DNA of 64,000 nucleotides from an uncultured virus (IMG/VR IMGVR_UViG_3300047443_000138) (Duplodnaviria > Heunggongvirae > Uroviricota > Caudoviricetes). Under the pieces are notes generated by a model. It worked only from the letters and a program-made list of their open reading frames with translations. It had not been told where the DNA came from and ran no database searches. The stretch lies in IMG/VR virus record IMGVR_UViG_3300047443_000138; one strand, written 5' to 3'. This document shows, piece after piece, positions 63,082-64,000 of this stretch. The position numbers and the translations under genes were made by a program. Position 1 is the first letter of the stretch; the number at the start of each line of letters is the position of its first letter.

Positions 63082-63438
63082 TCAGCTGAATTGGCTGTCG
63101 CTGAAGTCGTGACCGCAGGACTTGAATTCGTGGCCGGTCGTCACGCCGTACTGCCTGCCGCCCGGCCGGTTGAGATGGTCGAGCCCGTCGGCCTTGCCGT
63201 GGGCCAGGTCGAGCAGCTCGGCGAGGCTGCATTCCCGGCCGCACTCGTCGACGATGGGCCCGGACAGAGCGCGTCGCACCCAGTGCGCGAAGACTTCGTC
63301 GCGCGGCCATTCGGGGTCGGCGCGGAACAGGAACCGCCAGCCTGCGGACGACTTGCCGAGGTGGATGCGCTCGGATTCCGCGCAGTGCTCGCAGGCGTTG
63401 GGGCAGGACGGGGTGTTCACGTAGTAGTTGGTGCCCAT
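63082..63438 (-). CDS. Conserved phage hypothetical protein
   Basis: MGTNYY...C..C...HLGKSSAGWRF...I.DE.G...FS. Confidence 0.75.
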   Translation of the reverse strand: MGTNYYVNTPSCPNACEHCAESERIHLGKSSAGWRFLFRADPEWPRDEVFAHWVRRALSGPIVDECGRECSLAELLDLAHGKADGLDHLNRPGGRQYGVTTGHEFKSCGHDFSDSQFS

Positions 63439-63440
63439 AG

Positions 63441-64000
63441 TCAGCTCCAGGTCCAGCCGCGCACGTACTCGATGTCCATCTGGGCGCTGGTGTTCGGCTT
63501 CGGCGAGGCGCCTTCGAGAGCGGTCTCGTTCTGAATGTCCCAGCTCATCGGCGTGTTGGGGACTGCCGTGGTGCTGTGGCCGACGGTCCTGCCGTCGAGC
63601 GTGAGGGTGACGCTGCCGGGCTGCCACGTGATCACCGTGGTGTGCCAGTCGGTCCATCGGGCGCGGGCGTCGTAGGCATCTTGGTCGCCGCCGATGCTGT
63701 TGAGGTGGTGGGCGTAGCCGTTGACGCTGCCCGTCCAGTTCCCTTCGGGGAAGTCGATCTCGCAGTTCGGGCAGGCGCTGTCTGTGACCGGCCATAGCAG
63801 GTGCGCGCTCTTGTAGCCGACGGCAGCTTTGGAGACGCGCCATCGTTCCTCGTACCGGCCGTATCGCTGCCCCATCAGGGCCTTGGGTACGACGGTCGCG
63901 GAGTGGACGGGGCCGGATGCGCCGCGCCACATGTGGATGTGCAGTTGCCCACCCGAGATCCACAGCGTGGACGCGGGGTCGTAGTAGCCGCCGACCGGGT
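63441..64000 (-). CDS. GH16-family glycoside hydrolase (5' end outside the window)
   Basis: YGRYE.R, LLWP, catalytic EIDFPE, WHT....W.PG......DG. Confidence 0.8.
   Translation of the reverse strand, partial: PVGGYYDPASTLWISGGQLHIHMWRGASGPVHSATVVPKALMGQRYGRYEERWRVSKAAVGYKSAHLLWPVTDSACPNCEIDFPEGNWTGSVNGYAHHLNSIGGDQDAYDARARWTDWHTTVITWQPGSVTLTLDGRTVGHSTTAVPNTPMSWDIQNETALEGASPKPNTSAQMDIEYVRGWTWS

Larger units (their letters stand above)
1..64000. mobile_element. Temperate actinophage (siphovirus) genome, non-integrated gene order
   Basis: Complete set of packaging, head, tail, lysis, lysogeny and replication modules; integrase and candidate attP lie between the lysis and early genes; no host housekeeping genes recognised. 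Confidence 0.93.

Overview
High-GC (Streptomyces-like) temperate siphovirus genome. Read on the minus strand from the right end, the order is the standard virion/circular one: GH16 and small genes; small and large terminase; portal; 2H-phosphoesterase-MuF fusion; protease/scaffold; major capsid; neck; tail tube, chaperone and tape measure; tail tip; secreted GH43-like protein; papain-like peptidase; endolysin; holin; an accessory island (serine resolvase, RHH, GntR and XRE regulators, SOS-box genes); candidate intact attP; tyrosine integrase and repressor (plus strand); cro/xis; a long early operon (sliding-clamp-like protein, YqaJ/RecT, N6-adenine MTase, intein-containing C5 MTase, HNH, replication initiator with iterons, DnaB, DUF5131). 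A plus-strand module at about 0.9-6.3 kb carries a stand-alone UTRA domain, GntR-UTRA, a GIY-YIG-GntR fusion, an orphan SAM methyltransferase and a CYTH enzyme. Best candidates for new biology: the 2H phosphoesterase fused to the MuF minor head protein (possible virion-delivered anti-defence enzyme) and the UTRA/GntR-associated methyltransferase-CYTH operon. Two selfish elements target the C5 MTase: an intein in motif I, and a free-standing HNH gene that appears to have replaced the MTase 3' end. All family calls come from motif recognition by eye; no database search was run. No tRNA, rRNA or CRISPR array was seen.
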